Origin: Candidatus Latescibacterota bacterium
GTDB lineage: Bacteria; Latescibacterota; UBA2968; UBA8231
Assembly (NCBI GenBank): GCA_965248355.1
Contig: OZ252098.1
Coordinates: 3,776,001-3,840,000 of the forward strand
Length of the DNA: 64,000 nt
Reading direction: 5' to 3'
The notes under the pieces were generated by a model. The model made no database searches, had not been told where the DNA came from, and saw only the letters and a list, made by a program, of their open reading frames with translations. Below are positions 31,068 to 40,011 of the stretch, in pieces. Numbering within the stretch: the first letter of the stretch is position 1; each line of letters starts with the position of its first letter. The position numbers were made by a program, and so were the translations under genes.

Positions 31068-33920
31068 TCAGTCCTCGGCGATCTGGTCGCCGTTGCGCCC
31101 GTTTGACCCGGCGGGTCCCCCGCCGGCCACCTTCTTCAGCCGCACGGCGCAGACCTTGTACTCCGGGCAGCCCGTGAACTCGTCCTTGCCCTCGCCGGTG
31201 AGCAGGTTCGTCCTCGACTCGGGGAAGTGGAAGGTCATGAACACCGTGCCCCGGTTCGAGGCGCGCGTGACCTCGGCGCGCACGGTCACCGCCCCGCGGC
31301 GCGATTCCACCTCCACCAGGTCGCCGTTGCGCAGGTCGAGGCGCCGGGCGTCCCCGGGATGGATTCGCAGGGTCTCCTCGGTGGCCTTGTTCAGCTTCAC
31401 CAGGTCGGTGCGCCGCGTCATGGTGCCGACATTGTAGTGGAAGAGCTGCCGGCCCGTGGTCAGCATCCACGGGTAGTCGTCGTCGGGCAGCTCGGCGGGC
31501 GGCTGCCAGGGCGTGGCCGTGAGGCGCGCCTTGCCGCGCAGGAAGGCCCCGTCGCGGTGCACGATGTCGCTGCCCGGGTCGTCGGCGCCGACGCAGGGCC
31601 ACTGCAGGAACCCCTTCTCCTCCACTCGAGCGTAGCTGACGCCCCGCCACAGCGGGCTCAGGCTGGCCACCTCGTCCATCACCTTCGATGGATCGACGCG
31701 GCCATCGGCGTCGGTGAAGCCGAGGTCGATCCCCATGCGCCGGGCGATCGCGTGCACGATCTCGCCGTCGACGCGCACCCCCTCCAGCGGCTCGATGGCG
31801 GGGCGCACGCGCTGGATGCGGCGGTCGGAGTTGACGAAGGTGCCCGACTTCTCGAGGAAGGTCGTGCCCGGCAGCACCACGTGGGCCAGCTCGGCGGTGG
31901 GGGTCATGAAGATCTCCTGCACCACCAGGAAGTCGAGACTTTCCAGGGCCCCCACCACGTGAGTCGTGTCGGGGTCGGACTGGGCCACGTCCTCGGCGAG
32001 GATGTACATGGCCTTGAGGGTGCCGGCGTGGGCGGCGTCGAACATGTCGGGGATGCGCAGGCCGGTGTTGTCGGGGGGCTCCACCCCCCAGACCTTGGCG
32101 TGCTCGGCCCGCGCCACCGGGTCGGTGACCGGCCGGTAGTCGGAGAACACGTTCGGCAGGGCGCCCACGTCCGAGGCGCCCTGGACGTTGTTCTGGCCGC
32201 GGATCGGGCAGGCGCCGGTTCCCGGACGGCCCATGTTGCCGGTCATGACCGCCATGTTGATCATGCCGAAGACGGCGTTGGAGCCATGTCCCGCCTCCGT
32301 GACCCCCAGTCCCCAAAGGATCTGCGAGGCCTGGCCCGAGGCGTAGAGACGCGCCGCCCGGCGGATCAGGTCCGGGTCCATGGCGGCGATCTCCGCCGCC
32401 CACTCGGGGGTGCACCCGGCCACCGTGGAGCGCACGTCGTCGAGACCCTCGGCGCAGCGGCCGATGAAGTCGGGATCGATGAGGTCCTCCTCGATCAGGA
32501 CGTGCTGCAGGGCGTTGATGACGGCCACGTTCGATCCCGGCCGCACCGGCAGGTGCAGGTCGGCCAGGCGCGCCATGTCGGTGTTGCGGGGATCGAGGAC
32601 GATGAGCTTGCAGCCGGCCAGCACGGCCTGCTTGATGCGGGCGCCGAAGACCGGGTGCGCCTCGGTCGGGTTGGCGCCGACGATCATCAGCACGTCGGAC
32701 TCGGCCACGTCCTGGAAGCTGTTGGTGCCGGCGCCGGTGCCCAGGGCCTGGCCGAGGGCGTAGGACGACGGCGAGTGGCAGACGCGGGAGCAGTTGTCGA
32801 TGGAGTTGGTCCCCAACCCGACCCGGGCCAGCTTCTGCATCAGGTAGTTCTCTTCGTTGGTGCAGCGCGACGACGAGATGAGGGCCACCGCGTCGGGGCC
32901 GTGCTCGCGGGCGATGCCTCCGAGCCGGGAGGCGACCAGGTCGAGGGCTTCCTCCCAGCCGGCCTCGCGGAAGCCGCCGTTCTCCCTGATAAGGGGCGTG
33001 CGCAGGCGGTCGTCGGAGTGGGCGAACTGGTGCGCGAAGCGTCCCTTCACGCAGGTGTGGCCGAGGTTGGCCGATCCCGACTTCGAGGGCGTGATGTTGA
33101 CCACCTGGCCGTCCTTGGTGTGCACGTCCAGGGCGCAGCCGACGCCGCAGTAGGAGCAGGTGGTGGTCGTCGTCTCGTCGGGCAGGCCGAAGCCCCGGGT
33201 GCCGGGCTCTTCGAGGGCGGCCACGGGACACTCGAAGACGCACTGGCCGCAGCTGACGCAGTCGGCCTCCTCGAAGCCGGTGTCGTTGCCGGCGATCACC
33301 TTGGTGTCGTAGCCGCGGCCGGACATCTGCAGGATGAAGGAGCCCTGGACCTCGTCGCAGGCGCGCACGCAGCGGGCGCAGCCGATGCACTTGTCCATCT
33401 CGAGCTTGATGAAGGGGTGGGAGTCGTCCGGCTCCGGGTCGTGGGTGCGGGGGTTCTCGTAGCGCGGCGTGCGCAGGCCGACCTGCTGGGCCAGGCTCTG
33501 CAGCTCGCAGCGGCCGTTGGCCGTGCAGTCCAGGCACTCCAGGGGATGGTCGGAGACGATGAGCTCGGTGATGTTGCGGCGCAGTCGGGTGATCAGCGGC
33601 GAGGAGGTCCGGTAGCGGGCTCCGTCGGTCACCGGCGTGTGGCAGGCGGCCACGGGCTTGCGGCCCTCGTGCTCGACGAGGCAGGTGCGGCAGGCGCCGT
33701 ACGGCTTCATGCGGTCGGAGTAGCACAGGGTGGGGACCGACTTGCCCAGGGCCTGGATCGCCTCGAGGACGGTGCGGCCCTCGTCGACTCGCAGCGGCTG
33801 CCCGTCGATGGTAACGGAGAGTCTCGCCGGCCTTGGCTCCACCATCTTCTGCCGTTCCTCGAGGATCTTCTGGCCGGCCTCGATGGCGCTCCTCGCTTCC
33901 TTCTTCACCACTATCGACAT
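31068..33920 (-). CDS. fdhF: NAD-linked formate dehydrogenase alpha subunit (Mo/W-bisPGD, Cys ligand)
   Basis: 2Fe-2S CRTCLVE, HPLECLDC, two 4Fe-4S motifs CxxCxxCxxxC, TCSYCGVGC, active site CSRVCHSPS and RGQNNVQG. Confidence 0.93.
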   Translation of the reverse strand: MSIVVKKEARSAIEAGQKILEERQKMVEPRPARLSVTIDGQPLRVDEGRTVLEAIQALGKSVPTLCYSDRMKPYGACRTCLVEHEGRKPVAACHTPVTDGARYRTSSPLITRLRRNITELIVSDHPLECLDCTANGRCELQSLAQQVGLRTPRYENPRTHDPEPDDSHPFIKLEMDKCIGCARCVRACDEVQGSFILQMSGRGYDTKVIAGNDTGFEEADCVSCGQCVFECPVAALEEPGTRGFGLPDETTTTTCSYCGVGCALDVHTKDGQVVNITPSKSGSANLGHTCVKGRFAHQFAHSDDRLRTPLIRENGGFREAGWEEALDLVASRLGGIAREHGPDAVALISSSRCTNEENYLMQKLARVGLGTNSIDNCSRVCHSPSSYALGQALGTGAGTNSFQDVAESDVLMIVGANPTEAHPVFGARIKQAVLAGCKLIVLDPRNTDMARLADLHLPVRPGSNVAVINALQHVLIEEDLIDPDFIGRCAEGLDDVRSTVAGCTPEWAAEIAAMDPDLIRRAARLYASGQASQILWGLGVTEAGHGSNAVFGMINMAVMTGNMGRPGTGACPIRGQNNVQGASDVGALPNVFSDYRPVTDPVARAEHAKVWGVEPPDNTGLRIPDMFDAAHAGTLKAMYILAEDVAQSDPDTTHVVGALESLDFLVVQEIFMTPTAELAHVVLPGTTFLEKSGTFVNSDRRIQRVRPAIEPLEGVRVDGEIVHAIARRMGIDLGFTDADGRVDPSKVMDEVASLSPLWRGVSYARVEEKGFLQWPCVGADDPGSDIVHRDGAFLRGKARLTATPWQPPAELPDDDYPWMLTTGRQLFHYNVGTMTRRTDLVKLNKATEETLRIHPGDARRLDLRNGDLVEVESRRGAVTVRAEVTRASNRGTVFMTFHFPESRTNLLTGEGKDEFTGCPEYKVCAVRLKKVAGGGPAGSNGRNGDQIAED

Positions 33921-33938
33921 GGCCTGCCTCCTCTTGTG

Positions 33939-35681
33939 TCAGACCGCCGGCTCGCGGCGGTAGCGGTCCAGCTCCGCGGGGAAGTGCTCCACGAGGGACT
34001 CGATCGGCGCCGGCGTCAGGCCCCCCATGGCGCACAGGCTGCCGTACTTCATGGTCTCGCAGAGGTCGCCGAGCAGCTCCAGCCGCTGGTCGGTGACGCC
34101 ATCTTCCATCATCTGGTCGAAGAGCTCGGTGCCGCGCACGGCGCCGATGCGGCAGGGGAAGCACTTGCCGCAGCTCTCCACGGCGCAGAAGTGGAACAGG
34201 CCGCGGCCGATCTTCATCAGGTCGTCCTCCTGCGAGTAGACGACGATGCCGCCGTGGCCCAGCAGGGCGCCGGCGGCGGCCATGGCCTCGAAGTCCAGCG
34301 GCGTGTCGAGCAGCGGCTCCGGTAACAGGCCGCCGAGAGGTCCGCCCACCTGCACGGCCTTGAAGATCTGCCCGTCGGCCATGCCGCCCGCCTTCTCGAA
34401 GATGACCTCCCGGAGCGTCGTGCCCAGCGCGACCTCGTAGAGACCGGGCCGCTGCACCCGCGAGTTGAGGCTCAGGAGCTTGGTGCCGCGCGAGCTCTCG
34501 CTCCCGAGAGCCTCGTAGGCCGCGCCGCCGTGCTCGACGATCCAGGGAAGGTTGTGGATCGTCTCCACGTTGTTGACCGCCGTGGGGCAGCGCCACAGGC
34601 CCTCCTGGGCCGGAAAGGGCGGGCGCGTGCCGACCAGCGCCGGCAGACCCTCCAGGGAGCGCAGCAGACTCGTCTCCTCGCCGCAGATGTAGGCCCCCTG
34701 ACCGCGGACGACGGTGATCTCGCAGCCGTCGAGCAGACCGGCGCTCCGGGCCTCGGCCACGGCCTGCTCCAGGACTCGCCGGGCCCGGGGGTACTCGAAG
34801 CGGGCATAGATGTAGGCGTGTTGGGCGCCGGTGGCGTAAGCAGCCAGCAGCACCCCCTCGATCTGGGTGTGGGGATCGCGCTCGATCAACTCCTTGTCGA
34901 TGTAGGCCCCGGCGTCGCCCTCGTCGAAGTTGACGACCACGAAGCGGCGTCCCGAGCCGTCGGGGGCCACGCAGTCGGCCACCGTCTGCAGCTTGACGCC
35001 GGCCGGAAAGCCGGCGCCGCCGCGTCCGCGCAGCTGGCTGGCCTTGACCTCGTCGATCACCTGCTGCGGGGTCATGGAGGAGAGGGCCTTCTCCAGGGCC
35101 GAGTAGATGCCGCGGGCTCTCGCCTGCTCCAGGCCCAGGACATCGTGGCCGGCGTGGCGCAGCAGCACGCAGGGCTCGCCGGCGGCCGGCGGGTACACGG
35201 CGTTGACCGGCTCCGGCAGGCGGTGCCCGGTGCCGTGCCGGACGTGGGCGAGGGCTTCTTCGAGAGCGCCGTCGCCCGCCAGGGACAGGGGCTCGCCGTC
35301 GACCATGGCGTTGGGGCCGAGGCCGCAGTAGCCGAGACAGGCCACGTGCTCCAGGCGGGCTCCCTCGGGGGAGACCTCTCCGGTTTCGATGCCGAGCACC
35401 TCCTCGCAGCGGGACAGGACGGCGTCGCAGCCGGCGGCGCGGCAGGCTTCGCCGATGCAGATCTTCAGGGAATGCTCGGCCGTCCGGTTCTGGCCGAGCT
35501 CGTCGTAGAACTTGGCCGTCGCCCGCACGTGGGACGGCGGCAGGTTGTGGTCCCGGGCCAGCCGCAGGACGTCGTCGTCGGTTATCGCCCCCTCGCGCTC
35601 GTGGATGCGGGCCAGCTCGTCGTACACGGTGCGGCCCTCACCGAGAAACTTGTTCTGCAGGGCGATGAGGTTGCGCGACAT
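33939..35681 (-). CDS. Formate dehydrogenase diaphorase subunit (NuoE-like and NuoF-like fusion)
   Basis: N-terminal 2Fe-2S CIGEAC...CLGYC, then LRGRGGAGFP, YICGEETSL, ESCGKCFPCRIG and SLCAMG. Confidence 0.9.
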   Translation of the reverse strand: MSRNLIALQNKFLGEGRTVYDELARIHEREGAITDDDVLRLARDHNLPPSHVRATAKFYDELGQNRTAEHSLKICIGEACRAAGCDAVLSRCEEVLGIETGEVSPEGARLEHVACLGYCGLGPNAMVDGEPLSLAGDGALEEALAHVRHGTGHRLPEPVNAVYPPAAGEPCVLLRHAGHDVLGLEQARARGIYSALEKALSSMTPQQVIDEVKASQLRGRGGAGFPAGVKLQTVADCVAPDGSGRRFVVVNFDEGDAGAYIDKELIERDPHTQIEGVLLAAYATGAQHAYIYARFEYPRARRVLEQAVAEARSAGLLDGCEITVVRGQGAYICGEETSLLRSLEGLPALVGTRPPFPAQEGLWRCPTAVNNVETIHNLPWIVEHGGAAYEALGSESSRGTKLLSLNSRVQRPGLYEVALGTTLREVIFEKAGGMADGQIFKAVQVGGPLGGLLPEPLLDTPLDFEAMAAAGALLGHGGIVVYSQEDDLMKIGRGLFHFCAVESCGKCFPCRIGAVRGTELFDQMMEDGVTDQRLELLGDLCETMKYGSLCAMGGLTPAPIESLVEHFPAELDRYRREPAV

Positions 35682-35857
35682 GGTCGGGGAGAAGGCCGGG
35701 GGATTGGGGAGAACGCCGGGTCGGGGACCTCCGGTAAACTAATAACGGATTTGGGGACGTGAAAGAGGCTGCGGCACGGCATCCCGAGGGGTCCGTGCGG
35801 GCGGCAATGCTCAGCAGGCCACCTTCGAGGTGCCGAAGTACTGCGTGCCTACGTACA

Positions 35858-36898
35858 TCACCTGGACTTCCGTCCGGCAGCGAGTGGGATCAGCCGCTCC
35901 ATCACCGCCCGGTCGAAGTTGTCCGCCTGCACCTCGATGCCGTCGCTGTCGGGGTGGCACTGGTCCTCGGCGTAGCGAGCGATCAGGTCGAGGTCGAAGA
36001 CCTCGAGACCGTCGATGTAGATCAGGTTGGCGTCGCCCAGACCGGTGAGCCGGCGGTGGACGTCCTCCATGTCACGGCGCATCCCCGAGATCGTGTAGCC
36101 GGCGGCGTTGGGATCGGTCTCGCGCGGCGGGTAGCCGATGGGTGAGACCAGGGCCAGCGGCGTGTCCGGGTGTTTCTGGCGGATGATCTGCACCAGCGCC
36201 ACGATGGCCCCCGGGTAGGTGCGCGCCGCCAGGGTCGGCGTGTTGATGGTGTTGATGCCCAGCTTGAGGGTGATGTAGTCGGCCGGCCGGCCGGCGATCA
36301 CCATGCCCACCATGGTGTCGAGATGGCACTGGCCGCCGAAGCCGAGGCTGGTGAGATGAAGACCCCGGCGGCGGGCGACGATGGCCGGCCAGGTGCGCGC
36401 CGGGCCGTGGGCGCGCACGCAGTGGGTGAGGGAGCTGCCGTAGGTCACCCACCTCGGCCGGTCGTCAGCCACCGGCGCGCAGGGCGCGTCCGCCTCGAGT
36501 CCGGTCAGGTGGACGGGGATCTCCTGCGACAGCCACAGCTCGACGACCTTGTCGCCCTCCGGCAGCCCCTCGAAGACCGCCTCTTCGGAGCCCGGCGGAG
36601 CCGCGGCGCTGGCGATCAGCTCGCCGTCGATGGTCACGTCGAAGTGGAAGGCGTCGCGGCTCTCGGCGGGAGCCGACACGGGCAGGGGCAGGAAGCGCAG
36701 GCGCAGTCGGCTCGCGGCGCTGGCGAAGCGCAGGCGTACGCCGCTGGCGGTCTCGGCGCGGGCCATCAGGTCCTCGCCGGGGGATGGGAACAGGGCCCGC
36801 CGGGCGTGGGGCAGCCGCCACGGCTTGACCCAGCCGTCGCCGTGCTCCAGCTCGACGTGGCCCTGGAAGAGATCGTCGGTCAGCGGAATGCTCGGCAT
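35858..36898 (-). CDS. SGNH/GDSL hydrolase
   Basis: YGSSLTH, LGFGGQ, LGINT and DQCHP blocks. Confidence 0.85.
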   Translation of the reverse strand: MPSIPLTDDLFQGHVELEHGDGWVKPWRLPHARRALFPSPGEDLMARAETASGVRLRFASAASRLRLRFLPLPVSAPAESRDAFHFDVTIDGELIASAAAPPGSEEAVFEGLPEGDKVVELWLSQEIPVHLTGLEADAPCAPVADDRPRWVTYGSSLTHCVRAHGPARTWPAIVARRRGLHLTSLGFGGQCHLDTMVGMVIAGRPADYITLKLGINTINTPTLAARTYPGAIVALVQIIRQKHPDTPLALVSPIGYPPRETDPNAAGYTISGMRRDMEDVHRRLTGLGDANLIYIDGLEVFDLDLIARYAEDQCHPDSDGIEVQADNFDRAVMERLIPLAAGRKSR

Positions 36899-36901
36899 GG
36901 T

Positions 36902-38671
36902 CTATCGCTCCCAGGGAAAGGCGAAGGTCGGCTGCCGCGAGTACCGTTTCTGGGCGATGCGCAGCCGGCCGCCAGCGCCTGGCCCCAGCCGCACCGTGAA
37001 GGACGATCCCTCTCCGGGCACGTCGGCAGGCGTGCCCTCGCCGGCGGTCACACGCTCGATCCGGTGCTCCCCGTAGGCGCCGCCCTGCACGACCACGCGG
37101 CGCTCGCGGACGGGGTCGAGGTTGATCAGCTGCACGCTGACTTCCCCGTCGCTCATGCCGTCGACCAGGGCCGCCACCTGGGGAGGCAGGCCGGCCCGGC
37201 CCGCGTCCGGATCGAAGTAGCGCAGACGGCAGTGGAGGGTATGGCACGAGCGGCCCACCGGCAGGCCGCCGAGGAGCAGCTTCACGAGGGTGTCGGTGAC
37301 AGCCGGGTTGAGGTGGTTCATGTCGTCGGACAGCCGCGTGTCGGCGCTGGACTCGTCCTCGGCCACGCCGCGCATGGAGGTGCGGACCTGGTCCAGCACC
37401 GACTCCAGGGCCGCGTCCGGGTAGCCGGGCTCCTCCCCCGCCAGGTAGCGCACCCAGCCGTCGCCTGAGACGCGCTGGCGGTCGTCCTCTCTCTGTGACC
37501 AGAACCAGAGCTCCTGGGCCCCGGGCGAGAACGGCTGCGGCCGGAAGTCGTACCAGCCGTCGTCGCCGTGCATGTGGGGGTAGAGGGTCCGGCCGTCCTG
37601 CTCCTTCGCGTTCTCGTTGACCTTGTCGAGGACGCCGCGCCAGGTGTCGACGTAGGCCTGCTGCCCGGTGAGCAGCAGCCCGTGGGCGAAGCCGAAGTGG
37701 GGGCGGGAGTAGCAGGCCGGGCGGTGGGCCGCGGCCCCCGTCTGGGGCACGGTGACCGTGAACCCCCAGCCGTAGCAGCCGCCCCACCAGCGCCCTCCGG
37801 TGGCCCCTCCGATGGTTCCGTCGAGGCCGATGTTCGAGGGGATGATGCCGCCGTTGTCCTCGGTGCGCTGCACCCAGGCGTCGATGTAGTCGACGACCCC
37901 GCCGCGGTAGCGGTCCTCGCCGGTGATCAGGTAGGTCACCAGACCCAGGTGCGTGGCCTCGAGATTCAGCGGATGATCGCCGACGACGTCGGTGTACTCC
38001 TCGAAGTGGGCGAGCATCTCGGCGAAGTTGCTCTCGCCGTGGGCGAGGCGGAAGCGGCCCTCGATCTCGATCGGGTCGCCGGCCCAGTCGAGGGCCGTGG
38101 CCTTGCGCAGCAGCGGTCCCCGGCTGCCGGTGAACATGGAGCGCACAATGCGGTGCCTCGGATCGTAGTTGGGGGCGGTCTCGTCGGTGCCGTCGTACAT
38201 GGCGGTCCAGCGCCGGAGGCGGCGTTCGTAGTCCGGGTCCCAAGGGTCGCACAGGCCGTAGAGGAGGTAGGCGGAAAGGCCCTCGCCGTGGTGAAACCAG
38301 TCCAGGGACACGGGGAACTCCTTGTAGTACATGCCGTCGCGGGCCATGGGCACGTCGACGGTGCGGGCCTCCGTGTACTGGCGCAGGTGGCCCTCGAAGC
38401 CGGTGCGGAACATGTCCAGCAGGTCGACGGCGCCGCCGAGGGCGTACAGGGTGGTCCAGTTGAGCTGGTTCTCGGCGGCGTCGTCCGGTCCGTCGTCACC
38501 GCCCCACCGGGGCACCGCCAGGAGATAGCCGGAGTGCGGATCGAAGTACTTGGCGAAGAAGGCGCGGCAAGCCTCCGCCTCGGCGTCGAGGATGTGACGC
38601 TCGAGCAGGGCCCAGCGCGGCGGCGGCAGCGGGTCGTCGAGGCTGAGCAGGGGCGCGTGTCGGGAGGGCAT
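36902..38671 (-). CDS. Hypothetical enzyme-like protein (589 aa)
   Basis: Long ORF with genome-typical codon bias. Trp/Asp/His-rich motifs RWGGDDGPDDAAEN, DWFHHGEG and GDHPLNL. No family recognised. Confidence 0.75.
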   Translation of the reverse strand: MPSRHAPLLSLDDPLPPPRWALLERHILDAEAEACRAFFAKYFDPHSGYLLAVPRWGGDDGPDDAAENQLNWTTLYALGGAVDLLDMFRTGFEGHLRQYTEARTVDVPMARDGMYYKEFPVSLDWFHHGEGLSAYLLYGLCDPWDPDYERRLRRWTAMYDGTDETAPNYDPRHRIVRSMFTGSRGPLLRKATALDWAGDPIEIEGRFRLAHGESNFAEMLAHFEEYTDVVGDHPLNLEATHLGLVTYLITGEDRYRGGVVDYIDAWVQRTEDNGGIIPSNIGLDGTIGGATGGRWWGGCYGWGFTVTVPQTGAAAHRPACYSRPHFGFAHGLLLTGQQAYVDTWRGVLDKVNENAKEQDGRTLYPHMHGDDGWYDFRPQPFSPGAQELWFWSQREDDRQRVSGDGWVRYLAGEEPGYPDAALESVLDQVRTSMRGVAEDESSADTRLSDDMNHLNPAVTDTLVKLLLGGLPVGRSCHTLHCRLRYFDPDAGRAGLPPQVAALVDGMSDGEVSVQLINLDPVRERRVVVQGGAYGEHRIERVTAGEGTPADVPGEGSSFTVRLGPGAGGRLRIAQKRYSRQPTFAFPWER

Positions 38672-38847
38672 GGCGATCCTTTGGTCAGGCGGATGAGGCG
38701 GGGAACAAGGGGAATGGCGGGGTCGGGTGCAAGGGCCGGGCGGTGGAGCCGTGGTCCGATCCGCTTGCGGACCCCGTCTCCGGGGGCCGATGCTTGCGGC
38801 CGGCGTCCCGGCGCGTCGCCGGGGACCCCCTGACGAAGGATGTGGCC

Positions 38848-39954
38848 ATGATCTACGACGGACACGCCTACTGCTTTCCGCCGCCGACCCGCAACGGCGG
38901 CTTCGCGGATCCGGCCGAGTTCTGGCGGCACCTGCAGCTGTTCATGGCCCAGGCCCGGCTGCAGCCCTGCTGGCGGCGCTCCGACCGTGCCCCGGCCGAC
39001 GCCGAGGGCCTCTACGATCCCGGCCGCCCCTGGCGCTTCGACGGCTTGAGGGAGGCCGCCTTCCGCACCGGCGACCACGGGCTCGTGGAGTGGACGGTGG
39101 ACGGCGAGGACTACGCGAAGCAGGCGTTGCCGCCGTGGACGGTGGACTTCGCCTTCCCCGCCGACAGCCTGGTGGCGGAGATGGACTACGCCGGCGTCGA
39201 CCGGGCCCTCCTGCACCGCACCCCGTACATGGGCCTGAACAATGCCTGGATCGCCGACTGCTGCCGGCGCCACCCGGGACGGATCCAGGGCCTGGTCCAG
39301 GTCCCCGAATGGTGGTTCCCCGCCAGGACGGAGGAGGCCATCGGCAAGCTGGAACGAGGGATCCGGGACCACGGCCTGTCGGGCCTGCAGTTCGTCCCCT
39401 TTCACCGGCCCCTGTACGACCTCTCTCCCGAGTGGACGGGGCCCGACTTCGACCCTTTGTGGGCGGCCGTGTCCGAGCTGGGGATCCCCGTGTTCTTCAC
39501 CCTCGGCGCGGCCGGGTCGCCGGCCGGCTACATCGAGGAGATGCGCGTCCTGCGCGTCTGGATGGACCGCTTCCCCGACGTCGACGTGGTCCTGACCCAC
39601 GGCTTGCCCTGGCGGCTGTTCGCCGAGGAGGACCGGCTCCACGTGCCGGACGAGGTCTACGAGGCGGTGCCGACCGGCCACCCGCGGTTCCACATCCAGA
39701 TCCTGTTCGCCGTCTTCCTGCAGTCGCGCTGGGACTACCCCATGCCGCAGATGCGGCCCGTCCTGGAGAAGATGGTGGAACGCATCGGCGCCGACCGCAT
39801 CATCTGGGGGACGGACATCCCCATCGTGCTCCTGCACTGGACCTACCGCCAGAGCCTGGACTACGTGAGGAAGTACTGCCCGTTCCTCGGCGAGGCCGAA
39901 ATGGCGGCGATCCTCGGCGGCAACATGGAGAGGCTCCTGGGGCCAGGGCGGTAG
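38848..39954 (+). CDS. Amidohydrolase_2 family protein
   Basis: MIYDGHAY, EMDYAGVDRA, VVLTHG, IIWGTDIP and ILGGN. ATG at 38848. Confidence 0.82.
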   Translation: MIYDGHAYCFPPPTRNGGFADPAEFWRHLQLFMAQARLQPCWRRSDRAPADAEGLYDPGRPWRFDGLREAAFRTGDHGLVEWTVDGEDYAKQALPPWTVDFAFPADSLVAEMDYAGVDRALLHRTPYMGLNNAWIADCCRRHPGRIQGLVQVPEWWFPARTEEAIGKLERGIRDHGLSGLQFVPFHRPLYDLSPEWTGPDFDPLWAAVSELGIPVFFTLGAAGSPAGYIEEMRVLRVWMDRFPDVDVVLTHGLPWRLFAEEDRLHVPDEVYEAVPTGHPRFHIQILFAVFLQSRWDYPMPQMRPVLEKMVERIGADRIIWGTDIPIVLLHWTYRQSLDYVRKYCPFLGEAEMAAILGGNMERLLGPGR

Positions 39955-40011
39955 CACCGACGGGCGTATTCGGGAAGCCCGGTAATCCCCGGCTGCATGG
40001 CGAAGGAGATA

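Noticed and set aside
31068..33920. Selenocysteine recoding in the FDH alpha subunit
   Set aside because: The active-site position is a Cys codon in an uninterrupted ORF, with no in-frame TGA.
35682..35857. Possible Moco/Wco riboswitch upstream of the formate dehydrogenase genes
   Set aside because: Small hairpins exist (GCACGG/CCGTGC, CACCT/AGGTG), but I could not find the conserved Moco-RNA features. An Infernal search would be needed.
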